From NCBI GenBank assembly GCA_001179505.1, contig CDMY01000322.1, positions 1 to 64,000 of the forward strand: a DNA stretch of 64,000 nucleotides, given 5' to 3'. The notes under the pieces are model-generated. The model did no database searches and had not been told where the DNA came from. It was given only the letters and a program-made list of their open reading frames with translations. Made by a program: the position numbers and the translations under genes. Source of the stretch: Vitrella brassicaformis CCMP3155. Its lineage: Eukaryota; Protista; Chromerida. Of this stretch, positions 25,477 through 37,548 are shown in pieces (the stretch's first letter is position 1; every line of letters begins with the position of its first letter).

Positions 25477-28400
25477 AGGAGATTCTGCAGCGCAAGTTCG
25501 CCAACCAACTGAGCCTCCTCCAGGTGGGAAAACGACAAACGAATCCAGTGGTGCACTCGAAGCACTTCTGATGCATTCATTTGCCTGATGGCAGTTTGAG
25601 CACGAAAAGAAGCTCCAGGGCTTCAATCTGGAGATTACACGCTCAAGACCAGCCCCAATCTCACGAGGTAGCCACAAACGACCACAAAATAACGGCGCCG
25701 ATGATGCATTCTTCTCATCCATCTTGAATGCTTTCCATGTGTGTATTCCTTCGTGTAGGCGCATCTGCAGCAGCTGGGCATCCGCCATCACCTCCCCAGA
25801 CCGCCCCTCTGCACGCCTCATCTCGCCCACCCGCCCGCACACCACCTCTCGACTCAAGCCCCATCGCGCCCAGGCCACATGCGCTGCACACATCTCTCGA
25901 CCACCACGACAGAGGGCGGGCTTCAGCCATGCAAAGGAGCGGGCCGGGCGTGTTCGTGACGGCTGATCGCGATGTGAATGTGATGGACGCAGAGAGGGCG
26001 GGCGAGAGGGCGATGAGGCGCCATGGTGGCGGGATGGGTGTTGAGGACGATAGGGATGATGGCGGGGAGAGGGAGGGGGAGGGCAGTGTGGTGAGTGACC
26101 AGTATATCGCCCAGCTGGAGGCCCATAACCAGAGGCTGCTGGACTTTCTCCAGCAGCAGGGCGAGGTGAGTGACGAGATCATTGACGACATCATTGCAAT
26201 CGACGCAGCGGCCATTGTGTTCTCCTCTTTTGTGGATGTGCCTGCAGAGCGTATCTAGCGTTGAGAAGAAGGTTGATAGCGTCCGATCGGACCTGTTGAA
26301 TGAGTTGTCGACCCTCCGCACGCAGAACCGCCAGCACTTCTCAAAGTACACGGCTCCACACGAGGAGGCCATCGCAGGTGGGAGGGCGGGATGATGAGGG
26401 TGAATGGGACGCTGCACACGGCTGGCTTCCAAATGCGTCCTGCTGTGTGTGTGTGGTGTTCTGCAGAGGTCCGTGAGGGCATGAAGGTGCTCTCGAGTGA
26501 CATCAGAAAGCTGGCACAAGTGAGCTACGCGCGAAAAGCCACCAACACACACCATTTTGCCATTCCTTGCTGTCGGGGTACAGGATGTGGAGGAGTCACG
26601 GCGGCATGCGGGCGAGGGCAATGACACCTCTGCCCAGCTGGAGGAGCTGCGCTCCCACCTGCAGACCCTGCAGCACCAAGTCCGACAGATCGAAACACAG
26701 CAGGGCCATTCGTGCAAAGACAAGCCACAGACATCGGTAGGAAAAAGAAAAGGACGAGCCGCTCCAGGTCTCATAGGTTGTCAAGGCTGCTCTGGGCTGG
26801 GTGCAGGATTGGCTGGGTGCTCTCCTGAGGCATGGCGAGGGCAGCGAGGAGGGTGACACATCTGGCCCGTCTGGCCGGAGAGTGGCCGAACTCATGACTA
26901 ACATCGCCAAACTACGGCAGGGTGAGGTGAACACGCAACTACACACCAGATACCCTACAGGTCCATACGATCTGCCTGCGTTCCCCAGAGGCCGAGGCTC
27001 GCATCGGCACGCCCAAGTTGGCTGTTATCGGCGATGGTGACGAGCCCAGCCAGGGCCTGACAGAGGTGCTGTGCCACTTTCTCCAGCTGCTGGAATCCAC
27101 AGTCGAAATCACATCGGACGTCTGCCTACAGAACCAAGGTGAGAGACCGTAGGAAAAAGGACGGAACCTTGTGGCGTCAACCTACTTGCCCTTCATGTCA
27201 TGTGCCCATGCAGCTATCCGTGCGGTGCTCCTTCATTCCACGATGCAGCAGGGGTCGAGGGACGACAGCCGCGATGCTGGGCCGTATGGGCTGGCTCTCC
27301 CGTCCGGCGGGTCGGTTCCTCTCGAGCGGATCGGCAAGGCTCTGCGCCAGCTGGCTGATGCGCCGGGCGAGACACGGGAGGTGGCCCAGCTGCGGGAGAG
27401 GCTGCAGCTGCTGGAGGGTAGGAAATGGGATGCCGGGCCGGAGGCGGCACGCGGACCAAATGACGGCGCTTTTTGTTTGTGGTTCGATTTGCAGGCAGAG
27501 TTGAGAAGGGGGGTGGCGACGAGTCGAGGGAGAGGCTGCACGACCAAATCAGACACCTCAGGGAGAAAATCAAAGGTAGAGACACGAATCCTCTTTGCAG
27601 GGCTGCTGGATGGATGGATGGATGCCTTATGCAGGCGTTGAGGATGCGTATCGTGGTGAGCTTCGCGAGCTGCAGGACCAGATACGCCACCAACGAGACT
27701 ATGCCAGAGACCAGCGGACCATCACAGAAGGCCAAAAGTACCCACGCAAATCCTCCACCCCTCCCCCCTATGCTGCCTTTGCGTTTTCCATAGGCCAGTG
27801 GATCTGACGTGGGTGCGTGAGGAGCTCGCCTTCCTGCGCAGGGGCGTCAAGGACCTGCTGCGTGAGCCCCCACACGAGCCTTCACAGCCCGAAGCGGAGC
27901 AGGAGAACCTGCAGCCGGTGCTGTCACAGCTGCAGGCCGAGGTCAATGGTAAGCAGATGACAGGAATTTCCGCAACGAGGGCGGGTGACTGGGCAGTTTC
28001 TTCTCTTCTCTTATGTCAGATTTGCGTGAGCGTTGGAGTGAGGAGATCCAGGCGCTGAGCAAGGCGGGCGACAGCAGGGTGGAGACGCGGGGGCCAAAGG
28101 ACCGGCCAGACGAGGACAGTTGGACCAGAACCACCACGGCCGACACCGCCATCAACCCACGCCTCACAGGTGCAGAGCAAAAAGCAAACACATGGATGCG
28201 CTCTTTCATTACTAAACCTATCTCACATCAGAGCGGGACACCATGGCGGCCACCGGCGCATTCCACCCCCTCCTTAGGTCCCAGCCGAGCCATGCGAGTG
28301 GTGCCCAGGACCCCAAGGGCTCCCATTCGGCCGCCGAGGTGTGCCGGGCCATCAGCCATCCCCCATATCGACGGACGAGCATCCCGCCTGCTGATCGTGA

Positions 28401-29512
28401 AGAGGAGCAGCCAGGGGGCCGGAGCCGAGGGGGGACGGCATCGCCCGCTGCTTCGTCTGTGACGGGCCCCAAGAGGGTGGAATGGCGAATCGACCGACTC
28501 CACGAGGTGGGTGACTAGAAGGTATCACAATGGTTGCCATGACTGCGTATGTGGTGCGCGTGTGTGTCACTGCAGCAGCTGCGGCGTTGTGCGGTGGGTC
28601 AGGCGATATGGAGCCCTCGGTTCAAGGCGGGAGGCATCGACGGACTGCAGTTCCAGGTCAGTGAGACAGACAAAGGCCACCAGTGCAGTGATCCATCAGA
28701 GTGCATTTAGTGCGTTTTTTCTTTTTGTTACCTTCTGACTGCAGTTCTTCCCTCGCGGTGGCATCCCTTCCAACAAGCTGGGACAGGCGCTGATCGGGTA
28801 GGGTAACACACATGTCTGTGTGTCTCACTCACAGCTTAAGAGAGAGAAGAAGAGGCCGGTGTGGTGTTGGCTGGATCGTGTCCGTTTCTTTGCTGTTTTC
28901 CTTTCTGTCGTGCAGGGCGACTCTGGTGTCCTCTCTGCCGGACTTCACTGCCTGCAACACTCGCGGGGCGCCCGTGGCCGCACTCTACCTCTGGACACCT
29001 CCTGGACATGAACTTAGGTGACAACCGCAACCAAACTCCCGCCCGCCATTGTGACTGACGCACGTGTGTGTGTGTGCGTGTGCAGGTGTCAGCTGTTCAT
29101 CGGTCCGCAGCGGTGTCGCATTGAGGTCCACGCCTCCACCGACAGAGTAAGTTCGTCTCGTCAATATGCAAAGCCCCTTCCTTCACACATGTCTCTGGTG
29201 GCCTTGCATGGTTTGTCCTGGATGCAGGCCGTGAGCGCCCCCTGCCTGGCCAGCCTCAACACCCTCCTGCGCGACTCGCCGTCCGACGAGGATGGCTTCC
29301 TGGTCGGCATGGAGGAAATCGAGAGTGACTCACAGCTGCCCTCACCAGCCATGCGGCCCGCAGAGGCCACCTCTTCCCTTCCTGCGTTTGGGAGGGACGA
29401 TGTGCGTGGGGGCGGTGAGAGGGGAGAGAGTGAGGGTGGCTCAGGGGCGTTCCCTGTGCGGCCCACACTGACTAAGCTGTCTGACTTGGCGCGAAGGAGG
29501 GGCAGTGGGTGA
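25477..29512 (+). CDS. Large multi-exon coiled-coil protein with C-terminal MATH/TRAF-like domain (5' end uncertain)
   Basis: Heptad-rich exons (QLEELRSHLQTLQHQVRQIE, ELRELQDQIRHQ), then VEWRIDRLHE-..IWSPRFKAGGIDGLQFQ-FFPRG..AALYLWTPPGHELR-CQLFIG, resembling a MATH beta-sandwich. Confidence 0.6.
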
Positions 29513-29846
29513 GAACCTGGGTGTCATGCATGGGTGTGTTGTGTGTTGTGGGTGAGAGTGACGGCGGTGGCTGCGCTGTGCTGTGAACGGACAGCCAGCA
29601 CGAGATCAGATCTATCAAGCGGTCTCTACTATACAGTCAATTGATTGCCATATATACCAAATCGGTGTCTGCATGTCTGGCATGCACACACACACACAAG
29701 TTGACACCATCATGAATGAAACACAGGCAGCAGCAGCAGCAGCAGCAAAACCAGCAGCAAGAGAAACCAGTCAGCCAACAGAGAGAGGGGAAGAACCTCC
29801 ATCGGCCAGGCCATCCCCCACCCCTCCCTCCCCCATCTACACCCAT

Positions 29847-30755
29847 CTAGCAGCTGCACGTCTTCTTGCCGGCGATCTCCTCGCCGGTCTTCTGGAGCGT
29901 TTCGCCGTGCTGCTCCTGCTCCTCCGCCCCCGCACTCACCAACCTCGCCGCGATGTGCTTGAACATCTCCTTGACGCCGGCGCCTGTCTTGGCAGACGTC
30001 TCGAAGTACATGACGGGCGCCTCGGGGTCGCTGGTGAGGTCGGCCACTTTGTTGGTGGCCTCCTCCTCGGTGACCTGCCTCTTGTCATCGAGGTCGATCT
30101 TGTTGCCGCACACCGTCACCACCACCGAGGACCCCCTCTCCTTGCGCACCTCCGCCACCCAGGAGTCCACCTTGTTAAAGGACGTCCGGCTGGTCACGTC
30201 AAAACACACCACCCCCACTGAGGCATCGCGAAAGTACGACGGAATCAACGCCCTAAACCTGCGTAAGAAACGCCCACCATTTGTGTGTGCGGCGGCCTTG
30301 GTATATACGTATCATTCTGCGGCGGCGGACCTTTCTTGTCCTGCGGTGTCCCATAGCTGCAGCCGCACAGGCTTGTCGCTGACGTAGATGGTCTTGGACA
30401 GCAAATCCATGCCCACCGTGGCCGCGTAGTTGTCCTACAGGCAGGAAGGCGGACAGGCAACACATACAATCCAATCACCACCTATGAGTGCGTGCCGTGC
30501 GTGACTCGCAATGCTCGACTCTGTGCGCCTCTGTGTACCTCAAATGTGTCGTAGACAAACCTGCAGCCCAGCCGACAATCATCACAAACAGCAGCCAAGA
30601 CGTGTCGGCTCATGTCATGTGTGTGTGTTGGGCGACGCTTCTTGAGTCACATCTCACCCCACCCACCTTGTAATGAGTGCGCTCTTGCCGACGGTCTGTT
30701 CGCCCACGAAGATAAGCTTGAACTTGAGGGAGGCAGGGCCGCCCGGCGCGGACAT
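29847..30755 (-). CDS. RAB6: Rab6-like small GTPase
   Basis: [49 protein letters not shown]-terminal CSC prenylation motif; 4 exons in phase. Confidence 0.88.
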
Positions 30756-32310
30756 GTCGCACACACCACACGGACGGGCAGCTCAGCTCAGCTCAACCAG
30801 TCAGCCAAAGCGGGCCTGACACACACACATACACACACGCACACAGACCAGACGGATGGCAGTTCAGTTGGCAGAGGCACACGAATGGAATGGCCCCAGT
30901 GCACAAGAGAGGGGCTGTCTGTCTGCCTTTGCTGTCTGCGTCTGTCCTGTTCTGTCTGGGTGTTGTCTGCTCTGGTGTTTGGGTCATGTGTCAGAATCTA
31001 CTATCTATGCAGATTTGCTGCTTCACGGCCTCCCGTCAGCTGTGCGACAGGCATGGGCCACTCAGATGTCCCTATCTGAGCTATCATCATATCGACCCAA
31101 ACAACACCCTCCCTCCCTCCCGCCCTGTCTGTCTGTCTGTCTGGTGCTCTCCTCGTCTCTCTCTCTCTCTGTTGCTGACACGTGTGGCTGATCAGGCCTC
31201 GATAGGATCAGTGGGGCAGCGCATCGAGCCCCTCTTAGTTGCCTATCACGTCTTTCATCACCCCAGCCAATCAAATCGAGCTGTCTGTGCGGCGCTCAGT
31301 CCCATAAAGATGTGTCCATCACGGTGCGGTGCCCCAGGGGCGCCATCAGCAGCCAGAAATGATAGAATCCTCATCGCATCGCATCATACCACTGCCTGTC
31401 TGTCTTCCTGCCTGCCTTCGTGTGTCTGCCTGGCTGTCTGCCTGAGTGCTTAGCTCACTTATTACTGTGAAGCAGGCCCGTACCTTCTGCGTCAGCACGA
31501 GCGTGTCAATCAGCGGAGAAGAAAAGGGCTCTTCCTTCCTGCAGGAAAGGAGAGAAAAGTAACATCATTCATTCAGCAGGAAATGCTGTCTGTAGGCGTC
31601 CCACCCTCTGCTGACCTTTTTTCTGGGTGGGAGAGGTCTGCGAATTTAGCTCGCAACATCGCCCGGCCAAAAGGCAGGCTTCCCTTCCCGGCTTGAAAGC
31701 GTTGCTGCCTAGGCAGGTCGATACTTGACTGTACTTGGTGATACCATGGACATGGGCATGGTCGTTTTGCGACCCATTTCGCCTCCCGTCTCGCAATAGA
31801 TCTGCCGCTGACGTTGCTTTTGAGATGTGTCCCGGAAGCCAAGGATCAATACTTGATGATGCACGTGATGATGCTTGGGGCGAGATGTCTTGTCTTGTAT
31901 TGCTGTCGATAGCAGGTATTGGAACTGAGTTCTCAAGTTTGGTTGATACTGCCGGCCACAATACTTGCCAGTGATTGACTGCAGTGAGTGATACTGACTG
32001 ACAGATACAGTAGAAGTGCCGAGAGCACAACGATGCATTCGATATTCATGTATGATGAAGATCCATGTATGTATGGATGTATGTATGTAGCACACGAGGT
32101 GATAAAAGGATACACAGTGTAACACGCATTCACATTCTGTCTGTCTCTGCAGACAATGGCCCACACTAGCTAGACAAATACGTAGGCTGTCTGTATACAC
32201 ACATGGGAGCATAAGCGATGGCAGATGTTCCCGCGCCTGCCGACTATCCCAACGAACTCAGTTGCTACTCTCCCCGCTACTCCCCTCCGCCCCTCCACAG
32301 CTCTCACCAC

Positions 32311-32990
32311 TCACGGCGATTGTGAGAGCACGATATCCGCCACCGCCGCCAGCCACTGCCAGCCATCCGGCACCTGAACACAGAGAGGAAGCACAGCAGA
32401 GCACAATCACCGTGGTCGAAACACCCATGTGCTTCCCCTCCTCCCCCTGGCCCCTCTGTGCTGACCTGCAGTGTGTAGATCTCCAAATCGACACACGTGA
32501 AGCAGTGGCTGGCGGCTAACGTGGACCGTCCCTGCTCGTTGATGCTGCCCACGTACGTCTTGTCGTCGGGCAGCTCATCCCTCTCCACCCACTGTTGGCA
32601 GCGGCGCAGGTCGCCAGCCGGCGCATCCCCCCCAATCCCCAGCCACAGGCGGCCGCCAGCGATGGACACTTTGGCCCAGGGCAAGCCCTTGTGGTTCTTC
32701 ACCGCCCCCTCTGTGCCGGCGACCCCCATTCGCTGCTGCTCATTTGGCATGGTGATCTTGGCGATGTCCGGCTCCTCGAATGCGCCACTGATGGAGTAGA
32801 AGGTCACGGGGCACCGTCTCCACGCCACTCCGGTGGGGTCGGCAGGCTGCTTGAGCTGTCCACTGCAGTGGGTGGCGAATGTGTGGCTGCCGGTGTCCTT
32901 GGCCACCAGCAGCAGGTCGGCCGCCCCGCCCACCTTGGCCAGCATGGTCTCATACGCCCAGCCGTCACGCTCACCCCTGACACACACGCG

Positions 32991-33031
<41 letters not shown>

Positions 33032-34834
33032 GGTGATGCGACCACGGCCCCCGGTTCATCAATGCCTCACTCACTTGTAGAGCAGCTGTGCGGTCATCCC
33101 TATGTGGCGTGTCGTGTCGATGAGGGCCTGCAGGTCATCGGCGGGCAGTATGGGGTCAGCCGGGAGAGTGCTCCACACCTAAACAGACACACACGTAGAC
33201 ACACACTCATATTATCACATCGACATGATGACGTCCGTCCACTTGATGTGTCGGCCTGACCTGGTAGACCTCCAGCCGCTGGGCTGTGAAGTAGTAGTCG
33301 CTGGCGGCCAGGGTGGCCACTCCCTCCTCGATCATCTTGCCCACGTACGTCTTGTCGTCGGGCAGCTCATCCCTCTCTACCCACTGATGGCAGCGGCGGA
33401 GGTCGCCAGCCGGCCGCCCATCCTCCCCATAACCCAGCCACAGCCGGCCGGCAGCGATGCACACCTTGCCAGCCCCGCCCTGGTCGCTCTTCACCGTCCC
33501 CTCTGCGCCGGCGACCTCCACACACTGCTTGTTGTGTGGCACGGAAATCTTGGCGATGCCGCCCTCCTCGAATGGCCCATTGATGGAGTAGAGCGTCACG
33601 GGGCAGCCGATGGTCAGCGTCGATGTGGGGTCAGCCGGGGGGATGAGGGGCCCGTCGATGTGGCAGGCGATGGTGTGCTGCTTCTCGTCCTCGATGACGA
33701 ACAGCAGGCCGCTCACACCCGCCACTCGCTCTCCCAGACTACCAAACTCTCCACCGTCAGACGAACTCCTGACACACAAAGGCATCCAAATCAACACATG
33801 GCATCTCCCTCTTGTCCCCCTCTGTTGTGTGTTGTGACTCACTTGAAGAGGCATTTGATGTGGCTGTGCGATTTGCCGATCGTCGAGAGGTACACCCGCT
33901 CCATGAGGCCGTACATGTCACAGGCATACAGCAGCTCGTCAGGCCAACTGCTCGTCGGCAGCGGCGTGACGGCGTCGGGGGCCAACCGAATGCGACGGAC
34001 GTAATCCACCACCCTGCACACACCACACACACATGGAGATTTTGTGTGCCGCCTGGCTGCTGCTGTGGTGGGTTACTTGTGGAAGGTGTCTGCCGACACA
34101 TCCGCGACGGGCCCATACCTACACACACACACACAGAGTGCCCGAGATGACCACCATAATATCTCATCTCCGCCTGTAGACCTACTTGATGAATCGGTCG
34201 TGCAGTATGCTGTAGTCGGCCAGCGTCGCCTCGGTCGTGGCCACCACACCGCCATCCGCCACACGCACACTCAGCACCTCACTGCCGCCCGTCCTGCCCG
34301 CCACCGATGAGCTGATGAACGGCCCCATGACGGCCATGAAGCCGCGGAACGCCTCGCTGTCGTGGTCACCGTGTTGCGGCTCGATGGTGACGGCCGTCTT
34401 GGCGAAGAAGCGGTCGTGGTAGAAGGCCAGTGCGGGGCAGCCCTCGATGATCTCACTCACGTCGATGCGGTTGCAGCTCAGGCAGCGCAGCTTCTCAGCC
34501 AACCTGAACACACACACAGCGAGTGCTGCTGCCTGTCAGCCATCGTGTTGCTTCCCTCCCTCCCCCTCCACCAGATGAAGTAGAAGGGGTCTGCGTCAAC
34601 GAAGTGAATGCGATTGTCGTCTGTGATCATCCAGCTGTCGAAGCGGTTCAGCAGCACCGCCAGGCAGGTGTCCCGCAGCCCCTCGCACAGCAGCACATCC
34701 CGAGGGAAAGCCATGACGAAGCCGCCGACATTGAGCAGCATCGGCCGGCCGCTCATCTCCTCGGCTGGTGTTTGGTCTGCTTGTTTGTGGATGCCGTCTG
34801 CTGTGTCCGTGCTGCTGGACGCCGACGCCTTCAT
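32311..34834 (-). CDS. BTB-BTB-TLDc-TLDc family gene, copy 3 (complete, apparently intact)
   Basis: Same exon set as the other copies on the minus strand. ATG at 34834 (MKASASSS..EEMSGRPMLLNVGG); stop TGA at 32311-32313. Confidence 0.88.
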
Positions 34835-35057
34835 GGCGGATGCGGTGCTCCTATGGCGAGAGAGGGAAGCAGCAAGGAGATGGGATGAGTGGATGTGCTC
34901 CGAATCGATCGATATCGACAGATGCGGCACTCCGCTTCGCCCTCTCCTGCGAAGCCTCAAAGCCTCAAACGACGAAGCTCTCGAGCTGCAGCTCAGATTT
35001 GCCAATCTCCACGTGCCGCAGAGCGGAGGACAGCGGCGAACTGCCACAGCAGCAGAT

Positions 35058-37248
35058 ATGGCGGAGAGTGAAGATGTGGCTTTCGGCTGGATGGAAAATT
35101 CCTCGGCAGCACAGGTAATTCTCAGCTCTCAAGGTGCTCACCACCTCCGCAACCTACAAGATCTGTCTGTGCGGTGCTTCTCGTGCTCGTCTGCAGACGG
35201 TCTTCTACCTGCTGCCCATTCTCTTCCTCCTGGTGGTGACACTGAAGCCGAAAGGCATGGCCTCGCAGACCTCGCTGCCCCTCAGCGCCCTCCTGCTGTA
35301 CGCCATACGGCTCATCTTCATGCGGGGCATCGACTACGACAACCCCAATATCCTGCACGCCGCCATCGTGTATGGCTTTCTCGACACGCTCACCCCCGTC
35401 AGCATCATCTTTGGGGCAATCATGCTCTTCAGGACGATGAGCGAAACCAAATGCATGTACGCCCAGAGGAGCGGGAACCGCCCGAGGCGGCACACGGGAA
35501 GGCCTTTGTCTGCTTGGTGTGTGTGCAGGAGCTGGATGGTTGCGATGCTCAAGAGTCTGTCGAACCAGCATCCCGTTGCCGAGGTGATGCTCATTGCGTG
35601 GGCGTTCGGATACATCGTCGAGGGCGCATCGGGGTAGGCATGAGACTCTGGTGCTATCGTGTTTATTCGCTCTTCTCTTTGCCCATCTTAGTTTTGGTAC
35701 TCCCGTTGCCCTCGCCGCGCCCATTTTGGCGGAGCTTGGCCACGATCCCGTCAAGTCGATCGTCTGCTGCCTCATCATGGACGGAATACCAAGTCAGAGA
35801 GAGGACACGCAAACACCTGACCTGCATCTGAGAGGACTCATGTGATGTGACGATCCGCCTGGCCTGTGTGGACGCCATCGGTGCAGATATCTTTGGAGCG
35901 GTGGGTACGCCTGTGTGGTTCGGCTTCTCGACTGTGGAGGGCTTCGCACAGACCGGCGAGCTGTACTTCCCAATCATCGCGCAAAAGGCGCAGACACTCA
36001 TCCTGGCGTGTACCCTCGTCGTGCCTTTCCTCGCTGTGTGGGTGCTGGTAAGACAGACCGACAGGAAGGGAAAACAGGCGGGCGCATGGGAAGCTTGCAA
36101 GGTGAGCTGTGTGTGTGTGCAGGTGCCGTTCAACGTTTGCAGGAGGAACGTCGGCTTCATCCTGCTGTCTTCTCTCGCATGCGGCGTGCCCAGCTACGCC
36201 CTGACGTGGGGCCCAAGCCCGCTGTTCGAATTCGCCTCCCTCATCGGAGGACTCGTCGGTAGGAAGGATCGATGCATTCACGAATTCCCTCTCTTAAGAC
36301 CTGTGATCACTCTTTTCCCTTTGTAGGTTTCGCCATAACGATGCTTCTGATCTATTACAAGGTACTGCTGTTTCCCTACGAGCTGGCCAGCACCACAGCC
36401 ACCGAGGCCCCCACACAAGCAGTGACACCCCGCGGCCCCCGCAGCCGCCTCCCCAAGGGCGACTCCAGGCCCAGAATGGTCGTCAGGGACTCCAGCAGAG
36501 ATGCCGCCAACCAGAGGCCCAGCCACACGACCACCGGCAACGGAGGCGAGGGCTTCTCTGACCTGAGGACAGAAGAGACGGCCAACGGCGAGAAGAACAA
36601 CAACGATGCAAAGAACGACGAGGGGAAGGGCGATATCGAGGCGCCAACTGAGAGGAGGGACGCCATCGTGTTGCGCTTCATGTCGACGGAGATCAGCGCT
36701 CCTGGGCCAGTGACACAGGCAGCCTACGGCCGGCCGCCACACCAGCCACCAGACAGCAAAGAGTACGAAGTGACCACCATCTACACCATGGACGAGGGCG
36801 TGCAGGCCGGGGAGGGCCTCCATGCGGAAGGCCTCCCGGTGCTGTATGACCAGGCCCAGCTGGTGCGCATGCTGAGCGAGGGGCTGGAGAAAGAACTGCC
36901 CAAAGACGCATCGCTGATATCACTTGGCGCGAGCAAGTCGGTGTGGGGGAAGTTGTGGGTGGCGGCCGAGAACACCTTCACGATTTGGGGGACAGTTGTC
37001 GTTCTGATTCTCACGCGCATCAAGGAGATCGGTTTGAAGCAGGCCCTCACTGCCGAAGAGCCCTACGGAGAGGTGAGCAGCACACACAGGACAGCAATGC
37101 ACACACTGCACACACAGCAGGCTGCCCCTCATTCTGTTGCTCCCTTTCCTGTCAGTTGCCCTTGGGTGGCCTGGGCACGTTCCGCATCAGCGCATCCCTC
37201 TCGGTCTTCCTGCGGGACATATTCACCGAAACGGGCGTCAACTGGGGC
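35058..37248 (+). CDS. lctP: L-lactate permease (LctP family), 3' end truncated by gap 4
   Basis: Hydrophobic multi-exon protein with LctP motifs GYIVEGASG-FGTPVALAAPILAELG and FGAVGTPVWFG, plus a long hydrophilic loop (~36390-36900). Confidence 0.85.
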
Positions 37249-37548
37249 NNNNNNNNNNNNNNNNNNNNNNNNNNNNNNNNNNNNNNNNNNNNNNNNNNNN
37301 NNNNNNNNNNNNNNNNNNNNNNNNNNNNNNNNNNNNNNNNNNNNNNNNNNNNNNNNNNNNNNNNNNNNNNNNNNNNNNNNNNNNNNNNNNNNNNNNNNNN
37401 NNNNNNNNNNNNNNNNNNNNNNNNNNNNNNNNNNNNNNNNNNNNNNNNNNNNNNNNNNNNNNNNNNNNNNNNNNNNNNNNNNNNNNNNNNNNNNNNNNNN
37501 NNNNNNNNNNNNNNNNNNNNNNNNNNNNNNNNNNNNNNNNNNNNNNNN
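37249..37548. other. Assembly gap 4 (300 N)
   Basis: Run of N joining a lactate permease exon to a TLDc exon. Confidence 0.99.

Noticed and set aside
35058-37248. Bacterial contamination as the source of lctP
   Set aside because: The gene is split by several host-style GT-AG introns with TG-rich acceptors.
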